Source of the DNA: Alphaproteobacteria bacterium
GTDB taxonomy: Bacteria > Pseudomonadota > Alphaproteobacteria > SMXQ01
Direction of reading: 5' to 3'
Length of the DNA: 64,000 nt
NCBI GenBank assembly: GCA_038145705.1
Contig: JAYQQF010000014.1
Coordinates: 3,881 to 67,880, forward strand
A program made the translations under genes and the position numbers. Each line of letters begins with the position of its first letter. Position 1 is the stretch's first letter. Below the pieces are notes generated by a model. The model ran no database searches and was not told the origin of the DNA. It saw nothing but the letters and a program-made list of their open reading frames with translations. Of the stretch, positions 31,532 through 39,463 are shown piece by piece.

Positions 31532-32557
31532 TCAGGCCGGCAGGCCGAGGAGCTTGCAGGCGTTGCCGTTGTAGATCTTTTCCCGGTCGGCATCGCTGAT
31601 ATCGAGGCCGTCGATGACCCTGATCGTGTCGCGGATGTACATGGGTCCGCCTTCGGGATCGAAGGGCGCGTCGGAGGCGAACACCACCTTGTCGGCGCCG
31701 AAGAAGTCGAGCCCGCAGCGGGTGCCCGATGCGCTACCGAACAGGGCCGTGTCGGCATAGAACATCTTGAAGTAATCGAAGGGCCGCTTCTTGAGTTCGC
31801 CCAGCAACTTGCCGTAATCCACATCCGCCGTGCGCGAACCGAGCTGGTCCCAGCCCGGGCCGACGCGGCCTTCGAAATAGGGGATCATGCCGCCCATGTG
31901 ATGGGTGACGATCTTGATGTTGGGCAGCTTGTCAAACAGCTTCGAGAACACCAGCCGCGCCATCGCCGCGCTGGTCTCGTAGGGCCAGCCGAAGGTCCAG
32001 TAGATTTCATAGAGCGACTTCTTCTCGCCCATGAAGTCGGGCATCGCCGCGGTGCGGATGGGATGCAGGAACACAGGGCGGTCGTAAGCCGCCATCGCCT
32101 CGAACAGGGGGAAGTATTCGGGGCCGTCGATGCCCTTGCCGTTGATGTTGGAGAAGATCTGCACGCCGATGGCCTTCAGGTCCTTCATGCAGCGGTGCAG
32201 TTCCTTGAGGCTTTCGTCGGGATCATCGAGGGGCAGGGAAGCGATGAAGCCCGGGAAACGGTCGCGATATTTCTCGACATATTCCGCCATGCCGTCGTTG
32301 CCGAGCCGCGCCAGTTCGGGAGCCTTGTCCGGCGGCGCCAGCGCCTCGATCGGCGGGGCCGACAGGGACAGGATCTGGGCGTAGTTGCCGAACTCGTCCA
32401 TCTTGCGGAAACGCACATCGAGATCGACGAGGAACGGGATGTTGAGCCAGCGCTTTACCTTTCCCGGGTCCTTGATCTCCGCAAGCATGCGGTCGAAGAA
32501 GGTCTTGGGGAAAATGTGATTGAAGATGTCGATCTTGCGGATCGTGTTGCTGGCCAT
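31532..32557 (-). CDS. amidohydrolase-2 (ACMSD/LigJ-like) metal-dependent hydrolase or decarboxylase
   Basis: IDIFNHIFP N-terminal metal-ligand region, VTHHMGGMIPYFEGR, and VVFASDAPFD near the C-terminus. Confidence 0.75.
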   Translation of the reverse strand: MASNTIRKIDIFNHIFPKTFFDRMLAEIKDPGKVKRWLNIPFLVDLDVRFRKMDEFGNYAQILSLSAPPIEALAPPDKAPELARLGNDGMAEYVEKYRDRFPGFIASLPLDDPDESLKELHRCMKDLKAIGVQIFSNINGKGIDGPEYFPLFEAMAAYDRPVFLHPIRTAAMPDFMGEKKSLYEIYWTFGWPYETSAAMARLVFSKLFDKLPNIKIVTHHMGGMIPYFEGRVGPGWDQLGSRTADVDYGKLLGELKKRPFDYFKMFYADTALFGSASGTRCGLDFFGADKVVFASDAPFDPEGGPMYIRDTIRVIDGLDISDADREKIYNGNACKLLGLPA

Positions 32558-32633
32558 TGTTCGCGGTCATCCGTTCTGATTTGGAGAAGAGGGGGCAGAC
32601 TATTTTTGCCTCCCCCCATGCGTCAAGACGCGA

Positions 32634-33260
32634 TCAGCCCGCCTGGTAAGGCCCCCAGGCACGCTGGGCCGCCGGACGGGCGAAAATGGCGTCATGCCAG
32701 CGCCGCAGGTTGGGGTAGGCGTCGAGGCCGATGTCGCGCACGCCGTGGGTATGAACGTCGGCGAAGATCGAGATGTCGGCCGCCGAATAGGCCCCGGCCA
32801 CGTATTCGTTCTCGCCGAGATGACGGTCGAGCGTCGCCAGCATGTCGCGCAGGATGGCGTCGTAATGCTTCTTCGCCTGGGGGACGTCTTCCTGGGAACG
32901 GACCACCCAGTTGCCGAACTGCTGGGCCAGGGTGGTGAAGGTGGCGGAGCCGTAAAACAGCCACTGGTCCACCTTGAGCCGCGCGATGGGATCGGATGGA
33001 TAAAGGCCGTTGCCCGCCTTTTCGCCGAGGTATTTCAGGATCGCGCCCGACTCGCAGAGCGTGATGCGCTGGCCGCCGGGGCCCTCGTCATCGACAAGGG
33101 CGGGGATCTTGTGACCCGGACTGATCTTCAGGTATTCCGGCGCGAACTGTTCCTTGTTGCGGATATTGATGGGCTTGAGGCGATGCGGCAGGCCGCTTTC
33201 CTCCATCCCGTGCCGCGCCTTGTAGCCGTTGTCCGTGGTCCAGAAATAAAGATCGATCAC
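32634..33260 (-). CDS. glutathione S-transferase
   Basis: GTG start. MIDLYFWTTDNGYKARHGMEESGLPH...EYLKISPGHKIPALVD...LCESGAILKYL is a thioredoxin-like GST N-domain. A helical C-domain follows. Confidence 0.85.
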   Translation of the reverse strand: MIDLYFWTTDNGYKARHGMEESGLPHRLKPINIRNKEQFAPEYLKISPGHKIPALVDDEGPGGQRITLCESGAILKYLGEKAGNGLYPSDPIARLKVDQWLFYGSATFTTLAQQFGNWVVRSQEDVPQAKKHYDAILRDMLATLDRHLGENEYVAGAYSAADISIFADVHTHGVRDIGLDAYPNLRRWHDAIFARPAAQRAWGPYQAG

Positions 33261-33295
33261 CGCGTATCTCCCTGCAGGATTTATTGGCCCGGCAC

Positions 33296-33385
33296 TGGCG
33301 GATGGGGAGGGATTCGAACCCCCGGAGACATCGCTGCCTCAACGGTTTTCAAGACCGCCGCCTTAAACCACTCGGCCACCCATCC
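33296..33385 (-). tRNA. tRNA-Ser (anticodon UGA), class II with long variable arm, CCA encoded
   Basis: The reverse complement reads GGATGGG..GCGGT-CTTGAAA-ACCGT..long arm..GGGGG-TTCGAAT-CCCTC-CCCATCC-G-CCA. Confidence 0.9.
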
Positions 33386-33471
33386 GGCGTGCATTCGACC
33401 GCCACACCATAAGCGATTCGCCTGCGCCAGCAAAGGCGTGGAGAGGGGCGCGGTGGGGGGAGGATCGGCTT

Positions 33472-35160
33472 TTACTGGGATTGACTTTCGCCCAGCACGA
33501 GGAGAATTGCGCGATTGCCCTGATCGCGCGCGTAATCCAGGGCATTACGGCCAAGCCGATTCCGTGCCGTCGGATCGGCACCCGCCCTGACCAGTGCGCG
33601 AACGGCATCGAGGTGCCCGTTCCATGCAGCGCGCATCAGGGGTGTGAAGCCTTCCCGGTCGGTCGCATCGACTTCGGCGCCGGCAGCGGCAAGCTCGGAA
33701 ATCACCCCCGCATGCCCGTTGATCGCGGCCCAAGACAACGCGCTCTTTCCGCCGGCGTCTTGGGAATCGAGCTTGGCGCCGGCCTTGACCAGCGCCCTGA
33801 CGATCCCCGGATAACCGCGCCATGCCGCCTCGATCAGCGGCGTGCGCCCTTCGCGGTCTGTATCGTCGGCATCGGCGTTGCGCGCAAGCAGAACATGCAA
33901 TGCCTCGCTGTCGCCCAGCACCGCGGCCTGACGCAATTGTTCGTTCAGCTTGCCCCGGTCCGTATTGGTTTCCGTTGCCGTACTGACCTTCGCCATCACG
34001 AGTTTCAGGCGTGCCGCCTCCGCCGCCGAACGAACGCTGTCTCTGCCCCGCAGCTCCTGTGCCAGTTCGTCGCGCGCGCGCGCCGCGGCGGGACTACCCT
34101 GGGCGGCGGCTATGGACAGCCATGCATGGGCTTTCGCGATATCCGCGGTCCCGTCTTCCCGATTTTCCGCCTGCCTCATGGCCAGCACGATCTGCGCCGG
34201 CATATAGCCCCCGATCGCCGCGCGTTTCAGCAACTCATCGGCTCGCGCCTGATCGACCGCTTTCCCGGAACCAGCCAACAGGGCTTCGGCGAGGTTGAAT
34301 TGCGCGTGGGCATAACCTTCTTCGGCATTCTCCGACAGTCGAGCAATGGCTTTCTGCCGTGCCGCTTCGGCACTCGCGCCTTGAGCGGGGGTATGAATAT
34401 GCTGACGGATTTCCGCAAATCTCGGCATCGCCGCCGCGAGCCGGTCAAAAACCCTTTTCACGCCGGCAACGGACGGGGCGCGTTCTCCCTGCGGGGAAGT
34501 TTCCCGGCTCCCGCGAGCGACATGCGCTTGTTGAGCGAAATCCGGTTTCTGCGAGGCCTCGGCCACGGACATTTGCGCCTGACTGCCCGCGCGAACCAGC
34601 CCATCCGAAGGAGAAGGAGAGGCTGCCGAAACGATTGCCGACGGCAAGGTGACGGTCCACAACCTGCCCTTGTCCGAAGGCTTGTTCCTGCGCGGACCAT
34701 CGCCTTCGAGTTCTCTGTCGACCAACCGGGAAGTGACACGCTGCTCTGTCACTTTCCGAACCGTCTGTTCTCGGGATTTGCTTTCGACCTGTTTTTCGGA
34801 ATCTTCGGCGCGGGAAACATTTTCCGGTTTGGAAACCAGCGCAACCTCGACCGGCCGCACTTCTTCCTGCTTGCGGGCGACAATGGGATCGGCCGAAGCG
34901 GTACGGTCGGCAAGGCCGAGCGCCGTCACCCCGGCGGCGATCAGGACAACTGCCGTCGCGCCCCCCATGCCGGCGATTGCAACGGTCCCGAACAACAGCC
35001 AAAGCAGGAAAGCGAGCAACGAAAGAAGAAAAAGAAGTAATGCCTGCCAGCCGACGGCGAATGCGCCCACAAGCCAGTCGGCCGCCGGACCGACGCCGAA
35101 TTGCGCCAGCAGCAACATGACCAGGTGGACCACAGCCGAAGCGACGCCGGTACGAAGCAA
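33472..35160 (-). CDS. membrane-anchored protein with Sel1 repeats and four ankyrin repeats
   Basis: About 3 N-terminal TM segments and a long polar linker. Sel1 units include EGYAHAQFNLAEAL and GGYMPAQIVLAM. Ankyrin units are GRTPLIEAAWRGYPGIVRALVKAGAKLD, GKSALSWAAINGHAGVISELAAAGAEVD and GFTPLMRAAWNGHLDAVRALVRAGADP. Confidence 0.85.
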   Translation of the reverse strand: MLRTGVASAVVHLVMLLLAQFGVGPAADWLVGAFAVGWQALLLFLLSLLAFLLWLLFGTVAIAGMGGATAVVLIAAGVTALGLADRTASADPIVARKQEEVRPVEVALVSKPENVSRAEDSEKQVESKSREQTVRKVTEQRVTSRLVDRELEGDGPRRNKPSDKGRLWTVTLPSAIVSAASPSPSDGLVRAGSQAQMSVAEASQKPDFAQQAHVARGSRETSPQGERAPSVAGVKRVFDRLAAAMPRFAEIRQHIHTPAQGASAEAARQKAIARLSENAEEGYAHAQFNLAEALLAGSGKAVDQARADELLKRAAIGGYMPAQIVLAMRQAENREDGTADIAKAHAWLSIAAAQGSPAAARARDELAQELRGRDSVRSAAEAARLKLVMAKVSTATETNTDRGKLNEQLRQAAVLGDSEALHVLLARNADADDTDREGRTPLIEAAWRGYPGIVRALVKAGAKLDSQDAGGKSALSWAAINGHAGVISELAAAGAEVDATDREGFTPLMRAAWNGHLDAVRALVRAGADPTARNRLGRNALDYARDQGNRAILLVLGESQSQ

Positions 35161-35201
35161 GATTCCGTTCCCCGTCGGAATGGATAAAATTTTATTAAAA
35201 T

Positions 35202-35220
35202 ATTAGCATAGTCTGCTAAT
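35202..35220. promoter_or_regulatory. perfect 7-bp inverted repeat ATTAGCA-N5-TGCTAAT in a divergent promoter region
   Basis: It lies in the AT-rich 102-bp spacer between the divergent genes ending at 35160 (-) and starting at 35263 (+). Confidence 0.45.
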
Positions 35221-35262
35221 CGGCGTGGAAAAACTCGTGTAATCAACAAATTAGATGTCGCT

Positions 35263-36219
35263 TTGGTTAACGGGAGATCGGGCGTGGCGTTTTGGATTTA
35301 TGTGCGCGATCACCTTCGCGGCGACCAGTCCCTGGGTAAGGCCTTCTGGATCAATACCGTTGCCGTGTTTGCCGTCTTTGTTCTCTCGGCTTATGCGCTC
35401 GACTACGCAAGCGCCGGAGGGGACGACATCGACCGGCTGACGGCAAGTCTTCTTCGTGATGCCATCGCGGCGATCGTCGCTCTTTGGTCTCTAATCGGCC
35501 TCTGGAATTCCGCCGCCCGTGCCGGCGACGCGAAAAAATCCGCGGGCAGGGCCGCGGCCAAGCTGTTCGTCATTATCGCCGCGGTGAGCGGCCTGCATTT
35601 TCTGGTCACGACGGCGCCCGGGCGGATCGTTTTGCTGTCGGCGCGGCTTGATCCGTCCCTTGCCGATTACACCATCGCCCGAACCGGCCCGGAGGAAGTT
35701 GTTTTTACCGGCGCCCTCAACGACCGGTCGATACGAGAACTCGGGCAGATGCTGTCTCACCCCGGAATCAAGGTGTTGCGGATGACCAGCCATGGCGGCC
35801 TCGTCATCCCGGTCATGGAACTGGCCGAAATCATATCCCGCCGGAAAATCGCCGTCGTCGCGATGGAGCGCTGCCTGTCTTCTTGCACCTTGCTGCTTGC
35901 CGCATCGAACAACGCGATAGCAACGCCCGGCACGGTCATTTCATTTCACAGGCCGGGGACGGCTATCCGGACGGGAATGGCAAGCCGCGACGCCATCGCA
36001 ATCGCCACCGCCGAATGGCACGAAAGATTTCGCCGCTATGGCATCCCGGCGAATATCGTCGGCGAAATGGCGCGCCGAGACGTCTGGACGCCCGGCCTCG
36101 GTATGCTCGCAGATATCGGCATGATCAAGTTCATACTCGACGGCAGGCCGCCGCGCCTGGTCGCGGCTAAACTCTGGTGCCGGGAAAGACCCGATGCCTG
36201 CGGCCCCGGAGCGGGCTAA
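35263..36219 (+). CDS. membrane-anchored protein with a ClpP/crotonase-like (COG3904-like) C-terminal domain; function unknown
   Basis: N-terminal TM segments (FWINTVAVFAVFVLSAYAL; LFVIIAAVSGLHFLV), then IKVLRMTSHGGLVIPVMELAEIISRRKIAVVAMERCLSSCTLLLAAS. The family assignment is from memory of the pattern only. Confidence 0.55.
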   Translation: MVNGRSGVAFWIYVRDHLRGDQSLGKAFWINTVAVFAVFVLSAYALDYASAGGDDIDRLTASLLRDAIAAIVALWSLIGLWNSAARAGDAKKSAGRAAAKLFVIIAAVSGLHFLVTTAPGRIVLLSARLDPSLADYTIARTGPEEVVFTGALNDRSIRELGQMLSHPGIKVLRMTSHGGLVIPVMELAEIISRRKIAVVAMERCLSSCTLLLAASNNAIATPGTVISFHRPGTAIRTGMASRDAIAIATAEWHERFRRYGIPANIVGEMARRDVWTPGLGMLADIGMIKFILDGRPPRLVAAKLWCRERPDACGPGAG

Positions 36220-36237
36220 AGGTTCCAAAGCCCTGGA

Positions 36238-36579
36238 TCAATCGCCGAACCAAGTGCGTTGCCAGGGGATAACCCGGGTGCTGCGCTGGCCGTTGGCGAA
36301 ATAGGGCTCCCGGGCTGCGATTTCTTCCGCCTCCTTCAGGGAAGGGGCGCGGACGATGACGATGCCGCCGGCGTGACGCTTGCCGTTTTCGTCCTTGGCA
36401 GAACCCGAACCCATCAGGATGCCGCGGTCCAGCAGGTCCTGCAGGTAGGCATGATGTTGCCGGGCCAGTTCCTCCGCCGACAGCGTCGTCCGGTCCGGGA
36501 CGTCCATCATTTCGGAAAGACAGACATAAAGCTGTTCCATGCGGGCCATCGTGCAAATCTCCAGCGCCAACGCTTGCAA
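36238..36579 (-). CDS. YciI-family protein
   Basis: About 100 aa, with HHAYLQDLLDRGILMGSGS...GGIVIVRAPSLKEAEEIAAREPYFANG. An alternative start is ATG 36549. Confidence 0.7.
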   Translation of the reverse strand: MQALALEICTMARMEQLYVCLSEMMDVPDRTTLSAEELARQHHAYLQDLLDRGILMGSGSAKDENGKRHAGGIVIVRAPSLKEAEEIAAREPYFANGQRSTRVIPWQRTWFGD

Positions 36580-36625
36580 AAAAGCATGATAAAGTTACTC
36601 GTCATCCTTCAGCAACAAGGCGGAC

Positions 36626-37237
36626 ATGGCGCCAAAAAATTTCATTCGCTTCTGGACTATCAGCGTGCTGGTCGCCTTGCTCGTCGGCGCTTGTTCCGGT
36701 GGCCCGATCGCCGAATGGCCCTGGCAGAATCGGTCGGGGGCAGGGGACGATGTCCAGGCGATGGCGCGCCCGCGCGCCGAGGGCCGCGACATCTCCGTCC
36801 GGGTGGTCGACGAAAACGAATCCGAAGCCGCGCGGATCATCGCCTTCGCCAACGAAATCCTGTCGCATCAGGGCTTCAGGCCAAGCGCGACCGCGCCGGC
36901 CGTTCTCGTTCTTCAATTCAACCGTCCGAAGAGTTTGTCCACGCGTTCGGGGCCCGGGGTCGGCGTCTACGGCCGGGGCGGATCATCGGGCTCTGCCAAT
37001 GTCGGCATCGCCATAGAGATCCCTGTCGGCCGGGGCAGGTCGGCGCCGGCGACCGGCCGACACGAGCTCTCCGCCCGGCTGGAAACCGCCGCCGGAAAGA
37101 CCGTCTGGAAGGACTACGCCGTCGCGGATGCTGCCGTTACGACGGAGATCGACGCCGCGGTCGCCCGCAGGCTGATCGGCCGGATCGTGGAAAAACTTGC
37201 CCGCGAATCGGCGACACAGGATGGCCTTCTCCGTTAA
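36626..37237 (+). CDS. lipoprotein of unknown function
   Basis: Signal peptide with lipobox LLVGAC. 203 aa. Confidence 0.7.
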   Translation: MAPKNFIRFWTISVLVALLVGACSGGPIAEWPWQNRSGAGDDVQAMARPRAEGRDISVRVVDENESEAARIIAFANEILSHQGFRPSATAPAVLVLQFNRPKSLSTRSGPGVGVYGRGGSSGSANVGIAIEIPVGRGRSAPATGRHELSARLETAAGKTVWKDYAVADAAVTTEIDAAVARRLIGRIVEKLARESATQDGLLR

Positions 37238-37345
37238 TCATGATTTAAGCAAAAAAACGGCTGCTGCCGGGGGGTTTAAAACCGGACCCATTCTCTGTAT
37301 GCTTCGCCCCGATCGACGCTAGAGCAATCATCGAGCGCCCCTAAC

Positions 37346-39463
37346 GTGTCCTATCCCATCCCCCTTGACGAAGTGGAACGCCTCGCGGCTCTGCGCCGCT
37401 ATGAGGTGCTGGATACCCCGCCCGAAGCCATTTTCGATCATGTCACCAAGACTCTGTCGCGCACCCTCGATATTCCGGTGACGCTGATCTCGCTGATCGA
37501 CAGTTCCCGGCAATGGTTCAAGTCCACTTGCGGCCTCGACATTTCGGAAACGCCCCGGGAAGTCGCGTTCTGTGCGCATACCATCATGGGCGAGGGGGTG
37601 ATGGTCGTCCCCGACGCGACAAAGGACAGGCGCTTTGCGTCGAATCCGCTTGTCGTCGGGCCCCCGCATATCCGTTTTTACGCGGGAATGCCGATCCGAA
37701 CCAGAGATGGCCTCAACGTCGGCACGCTCTGCGCGATCGACATGAAACCGCGCGAATTGACGCCTGCGCAGGCGGATACGCTCTCGGAGCTCGGCATGCT
37801 GGTGGCCGATCTTTTCGAACTTCGCCTGCAGGCGAAGCGCGTCGTCGACATCGAGCAGGCCGCCCGCATCGATACCGAGACCCGCATGCTGGAAAAGTCC
37901 CGGGCACTCATCGAAAGCGACGAACGGTTCCGCGAAGTCGCATCGCAAATTCCGGGCGTCGTCTACCAGTTCAAGATCGACCCGGAAGGAAAATGGTCTT
38001 TCCCCTACGTCAGTCCCACGATCCGCAGCGCCCTCGGTCTCGATCCCCAGGCGGTCATGAACGATCCCGAGGTCTGGTTCAATGCCGTTGTTCCGGAGGA
38101 TCGTTCGCTACTTAAAGCATCGATTTTTGAGACCTACCGGACCCTCGAGCCATGGAGATGGGAAGGCCGCGCGCTGAATGCCGCTGGCGAAGTTTCATGG
38201 TTCCGCGGCTCCTCAGTCCCCAAACGGCAACCCGACGGGTCCGTGCTGTGGAACGGCTTTGTTCTGGACCAGACGGACCTGCGCAAGACGCAGGAACAGC
38301 TCCGCCAGGCACAGAAGATGGAAGCGGTCGGACAACTGACCGGCGGCGTCGCCCACGATTTCAACAATCTGCTGGCGGTCATTCACGGAAACGCGGAACT
38401 GCTTTCCGACGACATTGGCGGCGGCAACGACAGCCTTCGCGCGATCCAGCGTGCCGTCATGCGCGGATCCGAACTGACCCAGCAGTTGCTGGCATTCTCC
38501 CGCCGGCAGTCCCTGCGTCCCCAGGCGATAGATCTCTCCAGGCTGGTTTCAGACCTGGCCCGGCTGCTCGGCCGCAGCCTCGGCGAAACCATCGGCATCC
38601 AGTACGACATCGAGCGGAACTGCTGGCCTGCGCACGCCGACCCGGGCCAGCTTGAAAACGCCATTGTCAATATCGCCATCAACGCCCGCGATGCCATGCC
38701 TGAGGGCGGACTGCTCCGTATTTCCTGTGCGAACGTCAACCTCGGTAACGCCGACATCGAAGACCTCGGCATCGACAAGGAGACCGACCCGGTCAACGCG
38801 GGCGGCTATGTCCGCATTGCCGTTTCCGACACGGGAACGGGCATGGCGCCCGAAGTAGCCGCCCATGCTTTCGAACCGTTCTTTACGACAAAGGAAGTCG
38901 GCAAGGGCAGCGGCCTTGGGCTTTCGATGGTCTATGGCTTCGCCCGGCAGTCTGGCGGCTTCGCCCGGATCGACAGCCCTCCGGGTTTGGGAGCGACGAT
39001 CGAGATTTATCTGCCCCGCAGCGAGCGCGCCGGAACCGTCAGCCACGAAAGTGTCATCGGGGAAGTGCCCAAAGGCGAGGGCGAGAAAATTCTGGTCATC
39101 GAGGACGATGGCGATTTACGCAGCCTTGTCGTCAAGCTGCTCTCGACCCTCGACTACAGGGTGTTCGAAGCTGCCGATGCGAACGAGGCCGCCGCCGTCA
39201 TGATGACGAATGCCGATATTTCGCTGGTCCTTTCAGACGTCGTCCTTCCGGGCGGCGTCAGCGGACCGGCCTTCATCGCAAACATGCGTCCGGTTTATCC
39301 TGATTTCGCGGTCGTCTACATGTCCGGCTATCCGCAGTCCAGGGCCGGAACCGGTGGCCTCGGCGAAATCGACGAGAACAAGCTTCTCGTCAAGCCGTTC
39401 AATACGTCGAAATTGGCCCACGCCCTGCGCGATGCCCTGGTGTCCCACCGCCGGGACAAATGA
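37346..39463 (+). CDS. hybrid sensor histidine kinase (GAF-PAS-HisKA-HATPase-receiver)
   Basis: GTG start. GAF region is ERLAALRRYEVLDTPPE...FCAHTI...RFYAGMPI. PAS follows. H-box [12 protein letters not shown]-box [28 protein letters not shown], and receiver KILVIEDDGDL...VLSDVVLPGG. Confidence 0.9.
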   Translation: MSYPIPLDEVERLAALRRYEVLDTPPEAIFDHVTKTLSRTLDIPVTLISLIDSSRQWFKSTCGLDISETPREVAFCAHTIMGEGVMVVPDATKDRRFASNPLVVGPPHIRFYAGMPIRTRDGLNVGTLCAIDMKPRELTPAQADTLSELGMLVADLFELRLQAKRVVDIEQAARIDTETRMLEKSRALIESDERFREVASQIPGVVYQFKIDPEGKWSFPYVSPTIRSALGLDPQAVMNDPEVWFNAVVPEDRSLLKASIFETYRTLEPWRWEGRALNAAGEVSWFRGSSVPKRQPDGSVLWNGFVLDQTDLRKTQEQLRQAQKMEAVGQLTGGVAHDFNNLLAVIHGNAELLSDDIGGGNDSLRAIQRAVMRGSELTQQLLAFSRRQSLRPQAIDLSRLVSDLARLLGRSLGETIGIQYDIERNCWPAHADPGQLENAIVNIAINARDAMPEGGLLRISCANVNLGNADIEDLGIDKETDPVNAGGYVRIAVSDTGTGMAPEVAAHAFEPFFTTKEVGKGSGLGLSMVYGFARQSGGFARIDSPPGLGATIEIYLPRSERAGTVSHESVIGEVPKGEGEKILVIEDDGDLRSLVVKLLSTLDYRVFEAADANEAAAVMMTNADISLVLSDVVLPGGVSGPAFIANMRPVYPDFAVVYMSGYPQSRAGTGGLGEIDENKLLVKPFNTSKLAHALRDALVSHRRDK

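Noticed and set aside
31007-32938. 643-aa plus-strand ORF over the TctC and amidohydrolase genes
   Set aside because: It is antisense to two well-supported genes and has shadow-ORF composition.
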